Positions 27,101 to 38,734 of a stretch of DNA of 64,000 nucleotides are shown here, piece after piece. Source of the stretch: Gammaproteobacteria bacterium (GTDB lineage: Bacteria > Pseudomonadota > Gammaproteobacteria > JACCXJ01); assembly GCA_050740455.1 (NCBI GenBank), contig JBOIDF010000005.1, positions 607 through 64,606 of the forward strand, in the 5' to 3' direction. A model generated the notes under the pieces. The model saw only the letters and a list, made by a program, of their open reading frames with translations. It was not told where the DNA came from and ran no database searches. Made by a program: the position numbers and the translations under genes. Position 1 is the first letter of the stretch. Every line of letters begins with the position of its first letter.

Positions 27101-29615
27101 TAGGAGAGGGCTGCCTCACCGAATAGTCGGGGCCGCGCTTCTGCAGGGGCTCGGACCCGAGTGACCAGAGCTCGCCAGCGGCCTTGCCTTCGCTGTCCAG
27201 TTCGCGCAGGAAGAAGAACTTGCCTCGCAACTGCAACGGATCGTCCGGCCTTCGAGAGAGGTCGAGCTCGAAGCCAGGGCGAACCGTGCTGGTCACGTGG
27301 CTAAAGCCGCGGCCATCCCAGCCGCACTCCGCCGTGTATTGCCCGTTGCCGAGTATGAAGTAAGGGTCGGTCGCGGCGGGCGACGGCACTAATTCCTTTT
27401 TGCTCTGGCGCAGCAGCCACACGGCTGCCACCCCCAAAATCGCGCCAATAGCGGCCAACTGATAAACGAGCAGCAAAGATGCGACCGCGGGCAGCAGGGA
27501 TTGCGGAGCAGCCGGCAAAGATTCTGCCCGATCCCATACATAGTCCCATTCCCCGCCGCGCGGTATATAGAAAGGAATCAACAGCGGTGCCCAAGTGAGA
27601 AAACGGCGTATGGCTTCCGGTATGCAGCGCGTGCGCGCCGAGTGACCCAGAAATCGCGCCGCTTTTTCATCCAACGCATCGCCGCCAACGAAGGAAAGAT
27701 TGACCAGCGTCGCCACCCGCAGCCCCATATGGTCGAACCAGATCAGCACCCGCAGCCAATCGTAAGCGAGCAGCCCAAGAAACAACTCGAGGCTCCAGGC
27801 ACGGAACTCATCCGGTGAAAACCGCACGGACTGTACGCTCGCCAACGCGCTGCGCAGCGCGCCATCCTGGTTGTACCAGCTCGGGTCTGCGGCAAGGCGC
27901 AGGAAGGAATAAATGATCGGCGCCATCCACAGGCCCCAGCGCAGAACGCGCACCGCCTGTTCCACGACAGTCGCGAATCCGGCAGCGCTGAACAAGCCCT
28001 TGAGCGGGCCGAAGCTGCGCTCGAACAGCGCGGTAAGCAGCATCAGATTGATGCTGAACAGCGGCGCGGCGAGCGACCAGTTGATCACACCCGACAGGGA
28101 TTCCGCATACAGGAGTTTGACGCCCCCCGAGACGCTTCCCAGATCGATTGCACCCCACTTGCTAAACAGCGGATAAATCACATAGCTCGTAGTTGCCTTG
28201 CCGGCTGCCGGGAAATAGGCTATGGCGTAGGTGACACATTTCTCGGCGACTACCTGTAATTGGGCGGCATCGAAATACCACGCGAGCGCCCCACCTACGA
28301 ATCCCCCGAGCACCGCGCCCAAGCCGTACACCCGCCAAGACTGCATGCGCTGGCGGTGATGGGCGAGCACTGAATGGATGTCCCGCAGCGCGTCCGCCCC
28401 GGCATACGCTGCCGCTCCGATCACCAAGCCGAGCGCAAAGCGTAAACCGCCAGAGAGCGTCGGCACATCGTGCGCCAGGGCGAGCCCGAGCCCTAAGCCG
28501 GCAATCAAGCCGCGCAGATAGTTGAGTGGCTCGCGCATCGCTGCCGCAAAGCGGGCGAAGAAAGGCGCGCTACCGTCGAAACTTTCGAGGATGGTTTTGG
28601 CCAGTGGAAATAGCAGTAGGCCCAGAAGCGCGCTCCCGAGGACGGGATAGCTGCGCAGCCAGCCGACAACTGCCCGGGAACCCCAAATGAGCGCACCCAA
28701 GTGCACCAGCAGCACGAACAGGCCGCCGTAGACTGCCCCCCGCACCAGGCCGGCATACCAGTGCCCATAGCCTGCGGCCCAGGTTGGGCGCCGTCCACGC
28801 AGCGCATCGAGCAGCATGCCGGTGACCAAAAAAACTTGCGCCCACAAGCCTGCCTGCGCCAGGGCTTCGGTTAACACCATCGGACCCAGGCGCGCAACCA
28901 CAGCCCAGCGCGAGAGCGTTTCGGTGGAGCCTAAGTCCGCGACGACGGGCGTGAAGGCCGCCAAAGCGGAACTGCCCAGGACCAGCAGATGCAGACGCCA
29001 GGATCGGGTCCAGCGCCGATCCATCAACAAACCCAGACCCAGCAACAGGGCTTCGTTGAAGGCAAACAGAATCATCGTGCGGCCCAGGCCAGAGGCGATC
29101 GCATCGGGCGAACCGGCACCCAGAACGGTACGTCCGAGCCCAAGCGTGATAGCGTGAGCGGCCAGCACCAGCAGCAGATTGAAGAGATAAGGTGTGGCGA
29201 GCAGCGAGAGATTGGCGATGAGTGACAGCGACCGCCCGAAGCGAACCATGCACCACAGCGCAACGCTGAAATACAAGAGACAGCCTAACACCGCCCCCTG
29301 CGGAGTCAGCACAGTTAACTCAGTCCAGTAGGCGGGAGCCTGCCATAGCTTCGCCTCCGGACTGACGGAGGCGCTGAATAAGCCGGTGACGATCGCCGCC
29401 GCGACCGGCACGGCGATAGGCGACCAGCGGTCACCTAAAGCAAACGCCCAAAATAGGCCAGCGAGAGCCCCCAGCAACCAAGGCTGAACACCATCGACTA
29501 AGGCGCCGCTGTAGACGCCAAGCACCGAGCCCAGCGCTAGCGCCACGCCCACGGCGCTCAATCCAAGACGCCAAAAGCGTCCCTTCGCGACCGACAGCGC
29601 GTCAGTGTGGTGCAT
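24132..29615 (-). CDS. Cyclic beta-1,2-glucan synthase (NdvB/Cgs)-like giant membrane protein: ~700-aa polytopic N-terminus + tandem GH94 N-terminal beta-sandwich domains + GH94 (alpha/alpha)6 catalytic domain
   Basis: 1827 aa. C-terminal half has GH94 hallmarks: GFRDQLQDVLPLTFLKPEWARSQIVLHAAQQFIEGDCVKWWHP, LLGSGDWNDGLD, GGQYSHGVSWLVDAL. The N-terminal ~700 aa are almost entirely hydrophobic helices. Confidence 0.75.
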   Translation of the reverse strand: MHHTDALSVAKGRFWRLGLSAVGVALALGSVLGVYSGALVDGVQPWLLGALAGLFWAFALGDRWSPIAVPVAAAIVTGLFSASVSPEAKLWQAPAYWTELTVLTPQGAVLGCLLYFSVALWCMVRFGRSLSLIANLSLLATPYLFNLLLVLAAHAITLGLGRTVLGAGSPDAIASGLGRTMILFAFNEALLLGLGLLMDRRWTRSWRLHLLVLGSSALAAFTPVVADLGSTETLSRWAVVARLGPMVLTEALAQAGLWAQVFLVTGMLLDALRGRRPTWAAGYGHWYAGLVRGAVYGGLFVLLVHLGALIWGSRAVVGWLRSYPVLGSALLGLLLFPLAKTILESFDGSAPFFARFAAAMREPLNYLRGLIAGLGLGLALAHDVPTLSGGLRFALGLVIGAAAYAGADALRDIHSVLAHHRQRMQSWRVYGLGAVLGGFVGGALAWYFDAAQLQVVAEKCVTYAIAYFPAAGKATTSYVIYPLFSKWGAIDLGSVSGGVKLLYAESLSGVINWSLAAPLFSINLMLLTALFERSFGPLKGLFSAAGFATVVEQAVRVLRWGLWMAPIIYSFLRLAADPSWYNQDGALRSALASVQSVRFSPDEFRAWSLELFLGLLAYDWLRVLIWFDHMGLRVATLVNLSFVGGDALDEKAARFLGHSARTRCIPEAIRRFLTWAPLLIPFYIPRGGEWDYVWDRAESLPAAPQSLLPAVASLLLVYQLAAIGAILGVAAVWLLRQSKKELVPSPAATDPYFILGNGQYTAECGWDGRGFSHVTSTVRPGFELDLSRRPDDPLQLRGKFFFLRELDSEGKAAGELWSLGSEPLQKRGPDYSVRQPSPSTLRIVNSYGRLRAEAWVTLDARDPVESWAIYLTNLEQRARIVEITSYQELAVGPIEAYRRSPFFAAMHVGTCFAAPLNAIIARNRLMRNNARDPAVQRMCREVGFHAVRANEGVRLVGYEDSRTHFIGLGTLRQPAVFSGQALRDPADEGLLYSFDPAASLRLRVELPPGATVEVPFVDGYAEDEHQAAALIARHLEVAKPDEATLKASFARRRRLHAAPRRTTVHSGFSEDGRELSVPCDAQRPWAHLVANPLGQGFVAGSDGEIFSFAGNAQQNALSPFNLDSMPAQLPGQAIYIFDIKTGVAETAGFVPYRKQEAKHEVFFGLGYARYRKESVGLKLDLTAFVPLDCAVEIKLLRIRNLGTIARRFRVVPYVEMVLAEVPPDSCGRVHAWADPTPGVLYFENAGNDFRKGVAFAAVNLRCQTHETVRERFVGGEGRDLARPYMVEHGQPDRGRVDDGRRIASFVVELEIAAGKEVTVVLALGQAADQAQATALARAYLEPRAAELALEKTKAWWNETLSVVRVETNEPAFDRLVNDWLPYQLLCARLWGRTGSSQRSGAYGFRDQLQDVLPLTFLKPEWARSQIVLHAAQQFIEGDCVKWWHPSWEGKTGIAVRTRASDPHLWLPYVVARYVEASGDTGVLEEQVAFLEGRPVPKGHEGFLFAPRPSRDTGSVYEHCRRAVEYTLARRGAHDLPLLGSGDWNDGLDVPGIKGKGESVWLGFFLHDVLVRFASLAERCQGQEAKSRYLKEARNLSAALGAMWREDGYLRAITDEGEEFKLCSALTSAWPLLSGAVDATRAHAVLEMGLKRLEKSNRVLLLTPPFTEHSLPYPGRIAEYPPGVRENGGQYSHGVSWLVDALLRCADETPELAERCRAYAVDLWIKISPLSKSDQTDIYGLPPHQQPADVYDGPGYEGRGGWSWYTGAAARMLSTAYELLGLRVEGGKLKLTQDLFLRKGRLQVKRLCYRGRQIEQEGSKATESGRLN

Positions 29616-29792
29616 GCAAGATCAGGTGATCGGAATCGGTGACAAACTTTTTGTTATGGTTTTCGCTGAAACCGTACGGTTCGAAAGTAAGCTATGAGCC
29701 TGCGGCCGACGGGTCGGTGGGCCACGCTAACCCGCCCTGCATTGGAATCGATAGTTTAATCCCCAGTCTTGCGAGATGCCTAGGGCAAGTGC

Positions 29793-30524
29793 TTACTGCG
29801 GTTCCTCGAAGCTTATTGGCTGGCCCACGCACAGGTCCAGCACCCTGTCGGCGCGCCCCTGGTTGACGGCGATCTCGGCGAGCCCGTTCGAGTTTTCGTA
29901 CCACATCGGATGCCCCACAGGAACGTCACTGAACGTTCTGGCCCTGGGCACGCTTTGTCCCGCGATTGTGATGGCGGCCTGCGGCGATACGACCGAGGCG
30001 CGCACACCGGTCATCGCGTTCCCGAAGTGATCGAAGTAGACGATCTCATGGAGATCATCGGGCCACATCGCATAATCGCGTAGCTCCAGAGGATCGCATT
30101 GGGGAAATTGACCGCGGGCGAGGGCGGCGGCAACGGGCGCGTAGAGATCGCGGCCGTGAAACGTCGAGGAGATCACCTCGGGGCGCCAGGTGATCTTCCA
30201 GGCACGGCCAGATCCCCCGTGCTTCATCACCGCGTTGAAGATGCCGTTGCCGGGACCGACAAACCATTGTTCGTCGACTTGAACGACCATCGGTGCCTGC
30301 GAGTGGCTTCCGACACCGGGATCCACGACGCATAAGAACACACTGTTTTTCGGGAAGCCGTGGCGATAGGCGGCAAGCAGATAGGCCGTGGCGCGAGGAT
30401 CGTACGTGGGGGCATCGGCGAAGAGGTTGACGACCTGGACCCCAGGCGCATATTGATACAGCACGGCGAGAACCTGCCCGAGGTACGGCCCTTCCATCCC
30501 GTAATCCGTCACCAACACGATCAT
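29793..30524 (-). CDS. SAM hydroxide adenosyltransferase family protein (DUF62, fluorinase/chlorinase-like SAM hydrolase)
   Basis: MIVLVTDYGMEGPYLGQVLAVL...VFLCVVDPGVGS... matches the DUF62 N-terminal DFG / VVDPGVG signature. Internal Met start chosen. Confidence 0.7.
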   Translation of the reverse strand: MIVLVTDYGMEGPYLGQVLAVLYQYAPGVQVVNLFADAPTYDPRATAYLLAAYRHGFPKNSVFLCVVDPGVGSHSQAPMVVQVDEQWFVGPGNGIFNAVMKHGGSGRAWKITWRPEVISSTFHGRDLYAPVAAALARGQFPQCDPLELRDYAMWPDDLHEIVYFDHFGNAMTGVRASVVSPQAAITIAGQSVPRARTFSDVPVGHPMWYENSNGLAEIAVNQGRADRVLDLCVGQPISFEEPQ

Positions 30525-30621
30525 GACAGTCGATTGTCGGAGAGGTGTAGCCTCGCTGCTCCTCCACTCACTCCCAGATTGCGACGCTCGCCGGCGTCCC
30601 ACGGCCGCGGCGTGGAGGGGA

Positions 30622-31032
30622 TTAGGAGGTTTTCGCGTCCTTCGTAGCGTCGGCGCCGGTCGCCTCTTGCGGCAAAGGCCGATCGACGAGCTCGACCAAG
30701 GCCATCGGAGCGCGGTCACCGATACGGAAACCGCACTTAAGGATACGTAAATAACCACCGGGCCTCTCCCGATAACGCGGTCCGAGATCGCTAAAAAGCT
30801 TCGCGACCACCTGTTTGTCCCGCAACCGGGAAAACGCCAACCGGCGTTTCGCCATCGTGTCTTGTTTGGCAAGCGTGATCAGCGGCTCCGCGGTACGGCG
30901 CAGTTCCTTGGCCTTGGGAACGGAGGTCTTGATAACCTCGTGCCGAAACAGCGACACCGCCATGTTCCTGAGCATCGCCTTACGATGGCTGCTATTGCGG
31001 CTAAGCTGCCTGCCGATGTTGAGATGTCGCAT
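30622..31032 (-). CDS. rplQ: 50S ribosomal protein L17
   Basis: [36 protein letters not shown]... is near-identical in pattern to E. coli L17. Confidence 0.95.
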   Translation of the reverse strand: MRHLNIGRQLSRNSSHRKAMLRNMAVSLFRHEVIKTSVPKAKELRRTAEPLITLAKQDTMAKRRLAFSRLRDKQVVAKLFSDLGPRYRERPGGYLRILKCGFRIGDRAPMALVELVDRPLPQEATGADATKDAKTS

Positions 31033-31035
31033 TCC

Positions 31036-32061
31036 TTAACCTTCTTCAGCTCCGGCCGCTGCACTTCCGGCCGAGACTCTTTGCAAGCCCGGCGGCGGCC
31101 AATTAGCGAGCCGCATGCCGAGCGACAGGCCCCGTGTGGCTAACACATCCTTGATCTCGGTGAGTGATTTTTTCCCTAGATTCGGTGTCTTGAGCAACTC
31201 CACCTCGGTACGCTGGATGAGATCGCCGATATAGTAGATGTTCTCCGCTTTCAGGCAGTTCGCCGAGCGCACCGTCAATTCCAGATCGTCGATGGAGCGC
31301 AGCAAAATCGGGTCGATCTCCACATCCCTCGTTCCCTGCGGCGCCGGCTGCTCGCCGCCGCTGAGATCGACGAAGATCGATAACTGCTCCTGTAAAATGC
31401 CGGCCGCCCTGCGGACGGCGGTCTCGGGATCCACGGTGCCGTTGGTTTCAATCTCCATGACCAATTTATCGAGATCGGTGCGTTGCTCGACGCGGGCATT
31501 TTGAACCTCGTAAGCGACCCGGCGAATAGGGCTAAACGAGGCGTCCAGCTTCAAGCGGCCGATCGCATGCTCCTCCTCCTCGGCGTTCATCCGGATATTC
31601 GCCGGGACATAACCCCGCCCGCGCGTGACCCGCAGCGCTAGATGGAGCTCCCCGCCCTCCATCAAGGTCGCCAGATGATGTTCCGGATTGACGATCTCGA
31701 CATCATGGTCTAGGGAGATATCGCGCGCCAGCACATCGCCGCGGCCTTTCTTATTAAGCGTCAACATCGCCTCGTCACGGGCGTGCATGCGTATCGCGAG
31801 GTCTTTGAGATTCAACAAAATGTCCGTGACATCCTCTTGGACACCGGGAATCGTTGTGTATTCGTGCAATACGTTTTCGATGGTGACTTCCGTGACGGCA
31901 CAGCCCGGAAGCGATGACAGCAAGACGCGCCGCAAGGCGTTTCCCAGGGTGTGCCCGAAGCCCCGGTCCAAGGGCTCCAATATCATGCGCGCACAGCGGC
32001 TGCTCACCGCTTGGACGTCGATCTGGCGTGGCTTTAATAGACTGACAGTATTTGCCAACAT
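31036..32061 (-). CDS. rpoA: DNA-directed RNA polymerase subunit alpha
   Basis: [13 protein letters not shown]...[23 protein letters not shown]...; C-terminal [16 protein letters not shown]. Confidence 0.95.
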   Translation of the reverse strand: MLANTVSLLKPRQIDVQAVSSRCARMILEPLDRGFGHTLGNALRRVLLSSLPGCAVTEVTIENVLHEYTTIPGVQEDVTDILLNLKDLAIRMHARDEAMLTLNKKGRGDVLARDISLDHDVEIVNPEHHLATLMEGGELHLALRVTRGRGYVPANIRMNAEEEEHAIGRLKLDASFSPIRRVAYEVQNARVEQRTDLDKLVMEIETNGTVDPETAVRRAAGILQEQLSIFVDLSGGEQPAPQGTRDVEIDPILLRSIDDLELTVRSANCLKAENIYYIGDLIQRTEVELLKTPNLGKKSLTEIKDVLATRGLSLGMRLANWPPPGLQRVSAGSAAAGAEEG

Positions 32062-32080
32062 GCGAACTGGCCCCTCTCGG

Positions 32081-32704
32081 CTATTTCGAATAAAGCGCCA
32101 CTACGAGCGATTCGTTGATATCCGGCGGCAGCTCGCCGCGGTCCGGAACGGTTTTAAATGTCCCTTCCATTTTCTTGGGATCGACTTCGACCCACTCCGG
32201 GAATCCGTACTGTTCGGAGAGGGTCAATGCATCCTGGATCCTGACCTGAGCCCGACCCTTCGGCGAGACGCTGATCACGTCATTGGCCCGCACCTCATAG
32301 GATGGGATGTTGGTCGCCTTGCCGTTAACCCAGATAGCCTTGTGGCTCACCAACTGCCGCGCCTCAGCCCGCGTCACCCCAAACCCCATACGGTAGACGA
32401 CATTGTCCAGACGGGACTCCAGTAGCTTGAGAAGGTTTTCGCCTGTTGACCCCTTGCGGCGAGCGGCCTCCTGATAGACTTTGCGAAACTGACGTTCCAA
32501 CACCCCGTACATAATGCGCAGCTTCTGTTTCTCTCTGAGTTGCAGCGCGTAGTCCGATATGCGCCGCTGGCGGCTCTCCCCATGCTGGCCCGGGGGTTTG
32601 TCTAAGTGACACTTGGTCTCGAGCGGCCGGGCGCGGCTCTTGAGCGCGAGATCGACTCCTTGACGCCGGCTTAAGCGGCACGTCGGTCCGAGGTATCTGG
32701 CCAT
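32081..32704 (-). CDS. rpsD: 30S ribosomal protein S4
   Basis: [19 protein letters not shown]... from the internal Met at 32704; 207 aa. Confidence 0.95.
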   Translation of the reverse strand: MARYLGPTCRLSRRQGVDLALKSRARPLETKCHLDKPPGQHGESRQRRISDYALQLREKQKLRIMYGVLERQFRKVYQEAARRKGSTGENLLKLLESRLDNVVYRMGFGVTRAEARQLVSHKAIWVNGKATNIPSYEVRANDVISVSPKGRAQVRIQDALTLSEQYGFPEWVEVDPKKMEGTFKTVPDRGELPPDINESLVVALYSK

Positions 32705-32717
32705 TAGTCTCTCTCGT

Positions 32718-33107
32718 TTATACGCGGCGCCGCTTCGGCGGGCGGCATCCGTTGTGAGGAATGGGTGTGACATCAGTGATGTTGGTGATCTTGAATCCGG
32801 CCGCATTGAGCGCGCGCACCGCCGATTCCCGGCCCGGCCCAGGTCCCTTAACGTAGACCTCGAGCGTCTCGACACCGAATTCTTTCACTGCGGTCCCGAC
32901 CTTCTCCGCCGCGACTTGCGCCGCGAACGGCGTGCTCTTCCGCGAGCCCCGGAAACCGCTGGCGCCGGACGTGGACCAGCCGAGCGTATTGCCTTGCTTG
33001 TCGGTGATGGTGATAATCGTGTTGTTAAAAGAAGCATGGATATGCACCACCCCATCCACCACGATCTTCTTCGTCCGTTTGTGCGGACGTGCACTCTTGT
33101 TGGCCAT
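32718..33107 (-). CDS. rpsK: 30S ribosomal protein S11
   Basis: ...[22 protein letters not shown]...[13 protein letters not shown]... Confidence 0.95.
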   Translation of the reverse strand: MANKSARPHKRTKKIVVDGVVHIHASFNNTIITITDKQGNTLGWSTSGASGFRGSRKSTPFAAQVAAEKVGTAVKEFGVETLEVYVKGPGPGRESAVRALNAAGFKITNITDVTPIPHNGCRPPKRRRV

Positions 33108-33114
33108 GATTTCT

Positions 33115-33471
33115 CTATTTCCTTATCGCCTTGCGGGGTCCTTTTCTCGTTCGGGCATTGGTGCGAGTCCGCTGCCCTCGTACCGGCAAACCCCGGCGAT
33201 GCCGCAGTCCACGGTAGCAGCCGAGGTCCATCAAGCGCTTGATGTTCATCGATACCTCGCGCCGGAGATCGCCCTCGACGGGGTACTTGGCTATTTCGGC
33301 GCGCAGCGCATCCAATTGTTCCTCACTCAATGCCTTTACCTTGGCCGCCGGCGGCACGCCGGCCGCTCGGCAAATTTCGACCGCGCGATTACGCCCGATC
33401 CCGTAAATATGGGTAAGGGCGACGCTAGTATGTTTTTGGACAGGTACGTTGACGCCGGCTACGCGGGCCAT
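33115..33471 (-). CDS. rpsM: 30S ribosomal protein S13
   Basis: [10 protein letters not shown]...[27 protein letters not shown]. Confidence 0.95.
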   Translation of the reverse strand: MARVAGVNVPVQKHTSVALTHIYGIGRNRAVEICRAAGVPPAAKVKALSEEQLDALRAEIAKYPVEGDLRREVSMNIKRLMDLGCYRGLRHRRGLPVRGQRTRTNARTRKGPRKAIRK

Positions 33472-33557
33472 CGGGAGCACCTCCTAATCATCTTGATCAT
33501 AGTGACACCTTGCGTCCATAGGGCGGCTAAACCACCCTAACCATGCTGGCTGCGCAC

Positions 33558-33671
33558 TTAACCCTGCCTTTGCTTATGCCGTTTCTCGGTGCAGATGACA
33601 CGCACGACCCCTCGGCGCCGCACAATCTTGCAATTTCGGCAAACCTTTTTTACAGACGTCCTAACTTTCAT
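33558..33671 (-). CDS. rpmJ: 50S ribosomal protein L36
   Basis: Not in the ORF track (<60 aa). Minus-strand translation gives [37 protein letters not shown]. Confidence 0.9.
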   Translation of the reverse strand: MKVRTSVKKVCRNCKIVRRRGVVRVICTEKRHKQRQG

Positions 33672-33679
33672 ACTATTCT

Positions 33680-35022
<1,343 letters not shown>

Positions 35023-35023
<1 letters not shown>

Positions 35024-35457
35024 CAGTCCTCGATTTTACCGCCCTGGGCTTCAATGATCGCGCGGGCGCCCTTGGTCACCGCAAGACCTTTGAGCCGGAG
35101 CGCCTTATCCAGCGTCCCGGTCGCAATGACCTTCGCGCGCTTTACTTGCCGGGCGAGGAGCTTCGCGGCCTTGAGCGCGGCTAAATCGATGATGTCCGCA
35201 TCGACGCGGACAAGATCGCCCAAGCGCACCTCGGACACGTAGCGCGCGCTTCGAGATGCGAATCCGAATTTCGGTAGGCGCCGCTGCAAGGGCATTTGCC
35301 CGCCTTCGAACCCGCGCTTATGGTACCCGCCCGCGCGGGCGTGCTGCCCCTTATGCCCACGCCCGGCGGTCTTTCCCAAACCCGAACCCATCCCCCGGCC
35401 GAGCCTTCGGCGCTCGCGCTTGGAACCCCGCGCCGGCTTCAACGTATTAAATCGCAT
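35023..35457 (-). CDS. rplO: 50S ribosomal protein L15
   Basis: [38 protein letters not shown]... Confidence 0.95.
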
Positions 35458-35653
35458 CTTTGGTTTCTTCCACCGCTAAGAGATAGGACACCTTTGTTAT
35501 CATGCCGCGGATGGCGGGCGTGTCATTCACGAGGGCGCTGTGTCCGATGCGCCGTAGCCCCAAGCCTCGCACACACGCTTGGTGAGCCTTTAGGCGCCCA
35601 AACACACTCCGCACCAGAGTCACTCGCAAGCGCCCTTGCGGCCTAGGCGTCAT
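35447..35653 (-). CDS. rpmD: 50S ribosomal protein L30
   Basis: [66 protein letters not shown] at 35653 overlaps the rpsE 3' end by 11 nt; its stop overlaps the rplO start by 11 nt. Confidence 0.85.
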   Translation of the reverse strand: MTPRPQGRLRVTLVRSVFGRLKAHQACVRGLGLRRIGHSALVNDTPAIRGMITKVSYLLAVEETKDAI

Positions 35654-36164
35654 GGATCTCCTCAACGGTCTTGCCACGCTTGGCCGCATACCAGGCGGGA
35701 TCATGGATACCGGACAGGCCCTTGATGGTCGCCCTGACCACATTGACCTTGTTGGTCGTACCGATGCACTTGGCGACCACATTCTTCACTCCCGCCACCT
35801 CGAATACCGCCCGCATGGCGCCACCGGCGATGATGCCCGTACCCTCGGGCGCCGGAAGGATGAGAACCTTGGCCGCGCCGTGGCGTGCGGTGACGGGGTA
35901 CTGAACCGTGCTACTGTCCCGCAAGGAAATTGAGCACATGCTTCTTCTAGCCTTCTCCATCGCTTTTTGGATCGCCACGGGAACCTCACGCGCCTTGCCG
36001 CGCCCGAAACCGACCCTTCCGGCGCCGTCACCGACCACCGTTAGGGCCGAAAAACCGAAGATGCGCCCGCCTTTAACGACCTTGGCCACGCGATTGACGT
36101 GCACGAGTTTCTCCAAAAAACCTTCGCTCGATTCGCTTAAGCTTTCTAACGCCATGCCCGCCAC
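35643..36164 (-). CDS. rpsE: 30S ribosomal protein S5
   Basis: ...[52 protein letters not shown]... Confidence 0.95.
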   Translation of the reverse strand: MAGMALESLSESSEGFLEKLVHVNRVAKVVKGGRIFGFSALTVVGDGAGRVGFGRGKAREVPVAIQKAMEKARRSMCSISLRDSSTVQYPVTARHGAAKVLILPAPEGTGIIAGGAMRAVFEVAGVKNVVAKCIGTTNKVNVVRATIKGLSGIHDPAWYAAKRGKTVEEIHDA

Positions 36165-36166
36165 GC

Positions 36167-36520
36167 CTAAAATTGGAGGCCCGATTCGCGCGCCGCATCG
36201 GCCAGCGCCTTGATCCGGCCATGGTACTTGAATCCCGATCGGTCGAATGCAACCCGATCGAGGCCTGCCGCCTTGGCGCGATCGCCGACGGCTTTACCCA
36301 CGATCACCGCGGCCTTTATGTTGCCGCCGTAGCCGATTTCCACGCGTAGCGCCTTGTCCAAGCTGGAAGCGCTGGCGACGACCTCTGCCCCGGCCGGTGC
36401 TATCACTTGGGCGTAGATATGCCGCGGCGTTTTATGGACGCTCAGCCGATGCAGCCCCAGTTCTTTGATCTTCGCCCGAGTACGGCGGGCGCGTCTGAGC
36501 CGAGTCGTTTTTTTGTCCAC
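36167..36520 (-). CDS. rplR: 50S ribosomal protein L18
   Basis: [18 protein letters not shown]...[16 protein letters not shown]... Confidence 0.95.
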   Translation of the reverse strand: MDKKTTRLRRARRTRAKIKELGLHRLSVHKTPRHIYAQVIAPAGAEVVASASSLDKALRVEIGYGGNIKAAVIVGKAVGDRAKAAGLDRVAFDRSGFKYHGRIKALADAARESGLQF

Positions 36521-36536
36521 CGAATTCCTTGCCTCG

Positions 36537-37070
36537 CTACGCTTTCTTTGCTTCCTTACGCCTGATCACTTCGCCAGCGTACCGGATCCCCTTCCCCTTG
36601 TAAGGTTCCGGCGGCCGATAGCTGCGAATATTCGCCGCGATCTGTCCCACCTGCTGTTTATCCGCCCCTTTTACCACGATTTCCGTCGTACTTGGGGTCT
36701 GGATCGTGATGCCTTCGGGAATGTCGAAGTGGATCGGGTGAGAATAGCCAAGCGTGAGGTTCAATACCCTGCCCTGTACTTGGGCGCGATAGCCCACCCC
36801 GGTGATCTCCAGTTTTTTCTGGAACCCCGTGGCGACCCCTTCGAGCATATTGGCTAACAACGCCCGCGTCGTGCCCGCGAACATGCGGCCGGCCTTGGAG
36901 TCATCCTTGGGTGACACGCACAAGCTCCGGTCTTTATTGATGATCTCCACGAAGCTTGAAAACTCCCGTGACATCGTACCTTGAGAACCCTTCAGAATCA
37001 CGCTCTGGTCCGTCACGGTGGCCTTGACCTCCTTCGGGAGCAGTACCGGATTTTTCGCGACTCTAGACAT
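36537..37070 (-). CDS. rplF: 50S ribosomal protein L6
   Basis: [19 protein letters not shown]... from the internal Met at 37070; 177 aa. Confidence 0.95.
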   Translation of the reverse strand: MSRVAKNPVLLPKEVKATVTDQSVILKGSQGTMSREFSSFVEIINKDRSLCVSPKDDSKAGRMFAGTTRALLANMLEGVATGFQKKLEITGVGYRAQVQGRVLNLTLGYSHPIHFDIPEGITIQTPSTTEIVVKGADKQQVGQIAANIRSYRPPEPYKGKGIRYAGEVIRRKEAKKA

Positions 37071-37078
37071 GGCTACCC

Positions 37079-37474
37079 TCAGACGATGTAGCCCAGCACT
37101 TCGCCACCGATGCCGCGCTCTCGCGCCTCGCGGTCGGACATGAGACCCTGCGAGGTGCTCACGATGGCGATCCCTAGACCGCCGCTGAATTTGGGGATAG
37201 CGTTTTGAGAGCGGTAGATACGCAGGCCCGGGCGGCTGGCGCGCTTGATTTTCTCGATCACGGGCCGTCCTTCGAAATACTTGAGCGTCACCGAAAGCGC
37301 CGGCTTTCCATCGCGCTCCTGCGCGCAATAGTCTTCGATATAACCCTCGCGCTTGAGCACCTCGGCAAGTGCGCTTTTTTGCTTGGAAGCCCGCAGGACA
37401 ACACAACGCTTGCCCGCCGCTTGTCCATTGCGGAGCTGGGTGAACATGTCCGCAATCGGATCTTGCATGGTCAT
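37079..37474 (-). CDS. rpsH: 30S ribosomal protein S8
   Basis: [25 protein letters not shown]... Confidence 0.95.
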   Translation of the reverse strand: MTMQDPIADMFTQLRNGQAAGKRCVVLRASKQKSALAEVLKREGYIEDYCAQERDGKPALSVTLKYFEGRPVIEKIKRASRPGLRIYRSQNAIPKFSGGLGIAIVSTSQGLMSDREARERGIGGEVLGYIV

Positions 37475-37534
37475 ACTTTTAGCGAACCTTCCAAAAACCC
37501 TGAAGATAATAGCAGGCCGTGACGGCGTGCATGC

Positions 37535-37840
37535 TTACCAGCTTGCCTTGACCAAACCCGGGACGTCGCCGTCCATCGCGGCCAGCCGCAGTTTGTTGCG
37601 CGATAAGCCGAACTTGCGGTAAAAACCGCGCGGTCGCCCCGTAGCCCGGCATCGATTGCGCAGCCGAACCGGACTCGAGTCTCTAGGCAGCAGGCGTAGC
37701 TTCACGCGCGCTTGCTGACGATCTTCTTCGCTCCGCGTAGTGTCTTTTATTTGCGCCGCTAGCCGCGCCCGCGCGGCCGCGTATTTTTTTACCAGCCTCA
37801 CCCGCCGCAGGCCGCGATTGATGATCGATGTCTTTGCCAT
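37535..37840 (-). CDS. rpsN: 30S ribosomal protein S14
   Basis: [27 protein letters not shown]...; 101 aa. Confidence 0.95.
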   Translation of the reverse strand: MAKTSIINRGLRRVRLVKKYAAARARLAAQIKDTTRSEEDRQQARVKLRLLPRDSSPVRLRNRCRATGRPRGFYRKFGLSRNKLRLAAMDGDVPGLVKASW

Positions 37841-37855
37841 TTCTTTACCTTGGGA

Positions 37856-38401
37856 TCAGTGACGCAGCGGAAGCTTGAACGCGCTCAGCAAGGCCCGCGC
37901 CTCATCGTCCGTTCTTGCGGTGGTGGTAATACAGATATCCAAGCCCCGGATCACGTCGATCTTGTCGTAATCGATTTCCGGAAAAATAATCTGCTCCTTC
38001 ACGCCGAAGCTGTAATTCCCTCGGCCGTCGAAGGCCCGGCCGCTCAAGCCGCGAAAATCGCGGATCCTCGGTATCGCGATATTGATCAAGCGATCCAGAA
38101 ACTCATACATGCGTTCGCTCCGCAGAGTCACCTTGCAGCCGATAGGCCAACCGTCCCGGATCTTGAAGTTGGCAATCGATTTACGCGCTCGCGTCACCAC
38201 CGGTTTCTGACCGGCGATCCGCGTTAAATCGTCGACCGCATGGTCGACAATCTTCTTATCCGCCACCGCTTCTCCAAGTCCCATGTTCAGCGTGATTTTG
38301 ATAATCCGGGGGACCGCCATGATGCTCTTGTACCCATACGCCTTTTGCAATTCTGCGACGATGGTTTCGCGATAAATTGTACGCAACCGCGGCATGCCCA
38401 C
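37856..38401 (-). CDS. rplE: 50S ribosomal protein L5
   Basis: ...[21 protein letters not shown]...[36 protein letters not shown]... Confidence 0.95.
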   Translation of the reverse strand: MGMPRLRTIYRETIVAELQKAYGYKSIMAVPRIIKITLNMGLGEAVADKKIVDHAVDDLTRIAGQKPVVTRARKSIANFKIRDGWPIGCKVTLRSERMYEFLDRLINIAIPRIRDFRGLSGRAFDGRGNYSFGVKEQIIFPEIDYDKIDVIRGLDICITTTARTDDEARALLSAFKLPLRH

Positions 38402-38408
38402 ACCTGTG

Positions 38409-38726
38409 TTAGGTCTCTATTACTTCTCCCGAGGATTTGAAATAGCGCACCTTGCGGCCGTCCTCGAGCACTTTGAAGCCGACCTTGTCGGCCTTTTTCG
38501 TCTGTGGGTTATAGAGCGCCACATTGGAAATATGGATGGGCGCTTCCTTCTCGACGATCCCGCCCGCGGTGCCCGAGCGCGGGTTAGGCCGGGTGTGGCG
38601 CTTTACCATATTGGCGCTCTCGACCACGACCCTGCCATCGGGGAAAACGCGCATCACCACCCCGCGGTGGCCTTTCGATTTACCCACGGAGATGACGACT
38701 TGATCACCTTTTTTGATCTTACGCAT
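38409..38726 (-). CDS. rplX: 50S ribosomal protein L24
   Basis: [24 protein letters not shown]... Confidence 0.95.
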   Translation of the reverse strand: MRKIKKGDQVVISVGKSKGHRGVVMRVFPDGRVVVESANMVKRHTRPNPRSGTAGGIVEKEAPIHISNVALYNPQTKKADKVGFKVLEDGRKVRYFKSSGEVIET

Positions 38727-38734
38727 TGCTCGGC

